Below, one piece after another: positions 62,552 to 64,000 of a DNA stretch of 64,000 nt; the stretch's first letter is position 1, and the number at the start of each line of letters is the position of its first letter. Origin of the DNA: Patescibacteria group bacterium (GTDB lineage Bacteria > Patescibacteriota > Patescibacteriia > UBA11705 > DATKZF01); assembly GCA_049319825.1 (NCBI GenBank), contig JBMORT010000002.1, forward strand, positions 15,550 through 79,549. Reading direction: 5' to 3'. Under the pieces are notes generated by a model, which ran no database searches, was not told where the DNA came from, and saw nothing but the letters and a program-made list of their open reading frames with translations. The position numbers were made by a program, and so were the translations under genes.

Positions 62552-64000
62552 TTATACTTTCGGCCGATACTGAAGCGCCTCGGCGATATGTCCGACAGCT
62601 AATTTTTCTTTTTTGTCCAAATCGGCGATGGTTCGCGCCAACTTTAATACCCGATGATACGATCTGGGCGATAAATGCATTTGTTTCACCGCCGACTTCA
62701 TCAGCTCCAATCCCTGGCCATCCAATTGGCAGAAATCCTTAATTTCCTGAGCGCGCATTTCACTGTTATATTTAATGGATGATTTGTTAAATCGGCTGGT
62801 TTGAAGCGCGACCGCCGCCTCGACGCGTTCCCTGATATTTTTTGAAGGTTCACCGCAAATTTCTTCCTGCAATTTTTCGAATTTTAAGCGCGGCACTTCG
62901 AGGTGAATGTCGATTCGGTCCATCAGCGGGCCTGAAATTTTCTTTTGATAGTGGATGATTTGAGCGGCGCCGCAGGTGCAAGGTTTATCAGGATCATTAT
63001 AATAGCCGCACGGGCAGGGATTAAGGCTGGCGACCAGCATGAATCTGGCGGGAAAAGCGATTGTTCCTTGAGCTCTGGAAACGGAAACAATTCCGTCCTC
63101 CAACGGCTGTCTAAGATTTTCCAGCACGCTGCGCGGAAATTCAGGGAATTCATCCAAAAATAAAACACCGCGATGCGCCAAGCTGATTTCTCCGGGTTTG
63201 GGAAATTTTCCGCCGCCAACCAAAGCCACGCCGGAAGCGGTGTGGTGGGGTGAGCGGAAAGGGCGGTTGGTGATTAGCGGAAATTTTTCGTTTAAACCGC
63301 CGGCAATCGAATAAATTTTAGTGACCTCCAATATTTCTTCCCGAGTCATGGCCGGCAGAATTGTCGGCAAGGTTCGCGCCAAAAGAGTTTTGCCGGAACC
63401 GGGCGGTCCGCTCATCAGGATGTTATGTGATCCGGCAGCGGCGATTTCCATTGCCCGTTTGGCGTGCTCCTGTCCTTTGATAAACGACATGTCCGATTCC
63501 AATTCCTGCAGCGTGGATAATTCCTCAAGCTGAATTGGTTTAATCGGTTCAATTCGCTCCGTCCCCCGCAGGTGATTGATGATTTGATTGAGATTCCCGA
63601 CCGGGTAAACTTCGATATCGGAAATCAGGCTGGCTTCTCGGGCGTTGATCACCGGCACGAATAATTTTTTAAAATTATTTTGTTTGGCGAATATGGCGAT
63701 CGGTAAAATGCCGCGGGTGTGGCGAAGCTGGCCGTCGAGCGATAATTCTCCGATAAATAAACTATCGTCGAGAGTCGCCGGAATCAGGCCTTCGGCTTTA
63801 TAAATGCTGATGGCCATGGGCAGATCATAAGACGGGCCTTCCTTTTTAATATCCGCCGGAGCCAAATTAACCGTCACCTTTCTTTTGGGAAACTCAAGCC
63901 CGCAATTTCGAAAAGCCAAATACACTCTTTCCCGGGCCTCTTGAACGGCCGCGTCGGGCAGCCCGACGATGACAAATTTTCGGACTTGGCTGGAGATGGC
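62552..64000 (-). CDS. comM: YifB/ComM family Mg-chelatase-like AAA+ ATPase, partial (N-terminus beyond window)
   Basis: VNLAPADIKKEGPSYDLPMAI, Walker A LMSGPPGSGKTLLARTLP, Walker B VLFLDEFPEF, C-terminal Mg_chelatase_C region. The frame stays open to the window edge (…AISSQVRKFVIVGLPDAAVQEARERVYLAFRNCG). Confidence 0.85.
   Translation of the reverse strand, partial: AISSQVRKFVIVGLPDAAVQEARERVYLAFRNCGLEFPKRKVTVNLAPADIKKEGPSYDLPMAISIYKAEGLIPATLDDSLFIGELSLDGQLRHTRGILPIAIFAKQNNFKKLFVPVINAREASLISDIEVYPVGNLNQIINHLRGTERIEPIKPIQLEELSTLQELESDMSFIKGQEHAKRAMEIAAAGSHNILMSGPPGSGKTLLARTLPTILPAMTREEILEVTKIYSIAGGLNEKFPLITNRPFRSPHHTASGVALVGGGKFPKPGEISLAHRGVLFLDEFPEFPRSVLENLRQPLEDGIVSVSRAQGTIAFPARFMLVASLNPCPCGYYNDPDKPCTCGAAQIIHYQKKISGPLMDRIDIHLEVPRLKFEKLQEEICGEPSKNIRERVEAAVALQTSRFNKSSIKYNSEMRAQEIKDFCQLDGQGLELMKSAVKQMHLSPRSYHRVLKLARTIADLDKKEKLAVGHIAEALQYRPKV

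Overview
This is an AT-rich, Patescibacteria/CPR-like chromosomal segment of about 64 kb with tight gene packing and many polytopic membrane and cell-envelope genes. It spans the replication-origin neighbourhood: rpmH-rnpA-yidD on the minus strand faces dnaA-dnaN on the plus strand, with DnaA-box clusters in both flanking intergenic regions. Housekeeping genes include smc, a class A PBP, ruvC, yebC, ruvB, rnc, nusB, truD-like, rlmI-like, galU, an RNase J-like gene, comM/yifB and an M23/LysM peptidase. I count nine tRNA genes: Gly-CCC, Ser-CGA (preceded by a degenerate 5' copy), Leu-TAA twice, Gly-GCC, Ala-GGC, Lys-CTT and Arg-TCG. There are two compositional islands: a 212-aa orphan gene at 5.9-6.6 kb and a roughly 3 kb cassette at 46.1-49.1 kb. 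The cassette has about 62% GC against roughly 40% background. It carries an IS110-family-like recombinase gene (Transposase_20-like C-terminal domain) preceded by a roughly 600-nt non-coding leader. That leader contains two paralogous GGCGGCAGGGG(35 nt)CCCCTGCCGCC stem-loops, several other perfect hairpins and heptamer (TCGAAAT-like) tandem repeats. The cassette also carries a 193-aa accessory ORF. It sits between the dnaN terminator and a tRNA cluster whose upstream regions carry long heptamer-repeat hairpin elements: a (GAGAYAC)n arm followed by a (TTTTTCG)n arm. The most likely novel system is this recombinase plus structured-RNA cassette. Other notable loci are a triad of RimK/CphA-like ATP-grasp ligases (one fused to a retropepsin-like domain) beside a PKD-7TM membrane protein, a tandem array of six VirB2/TrbC-like pilin paralogs, a 1385-aa surface protein with eight tandem Ig-like repeats and a peptidoglycan-binding C-terminus, a surface-polysaccharide cluster whose O-antigen-ligase-like gene carries internal GC-rich palindrome and simple-repeat insertions, a GGDEF cyclase, and a GxxExxY gene interrupted by an in-frame TAG. 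The ORF track uses TTG/GTG as well as ATG starts, and several annotated starts were moved to internal ATGs with better N-terminal logic.
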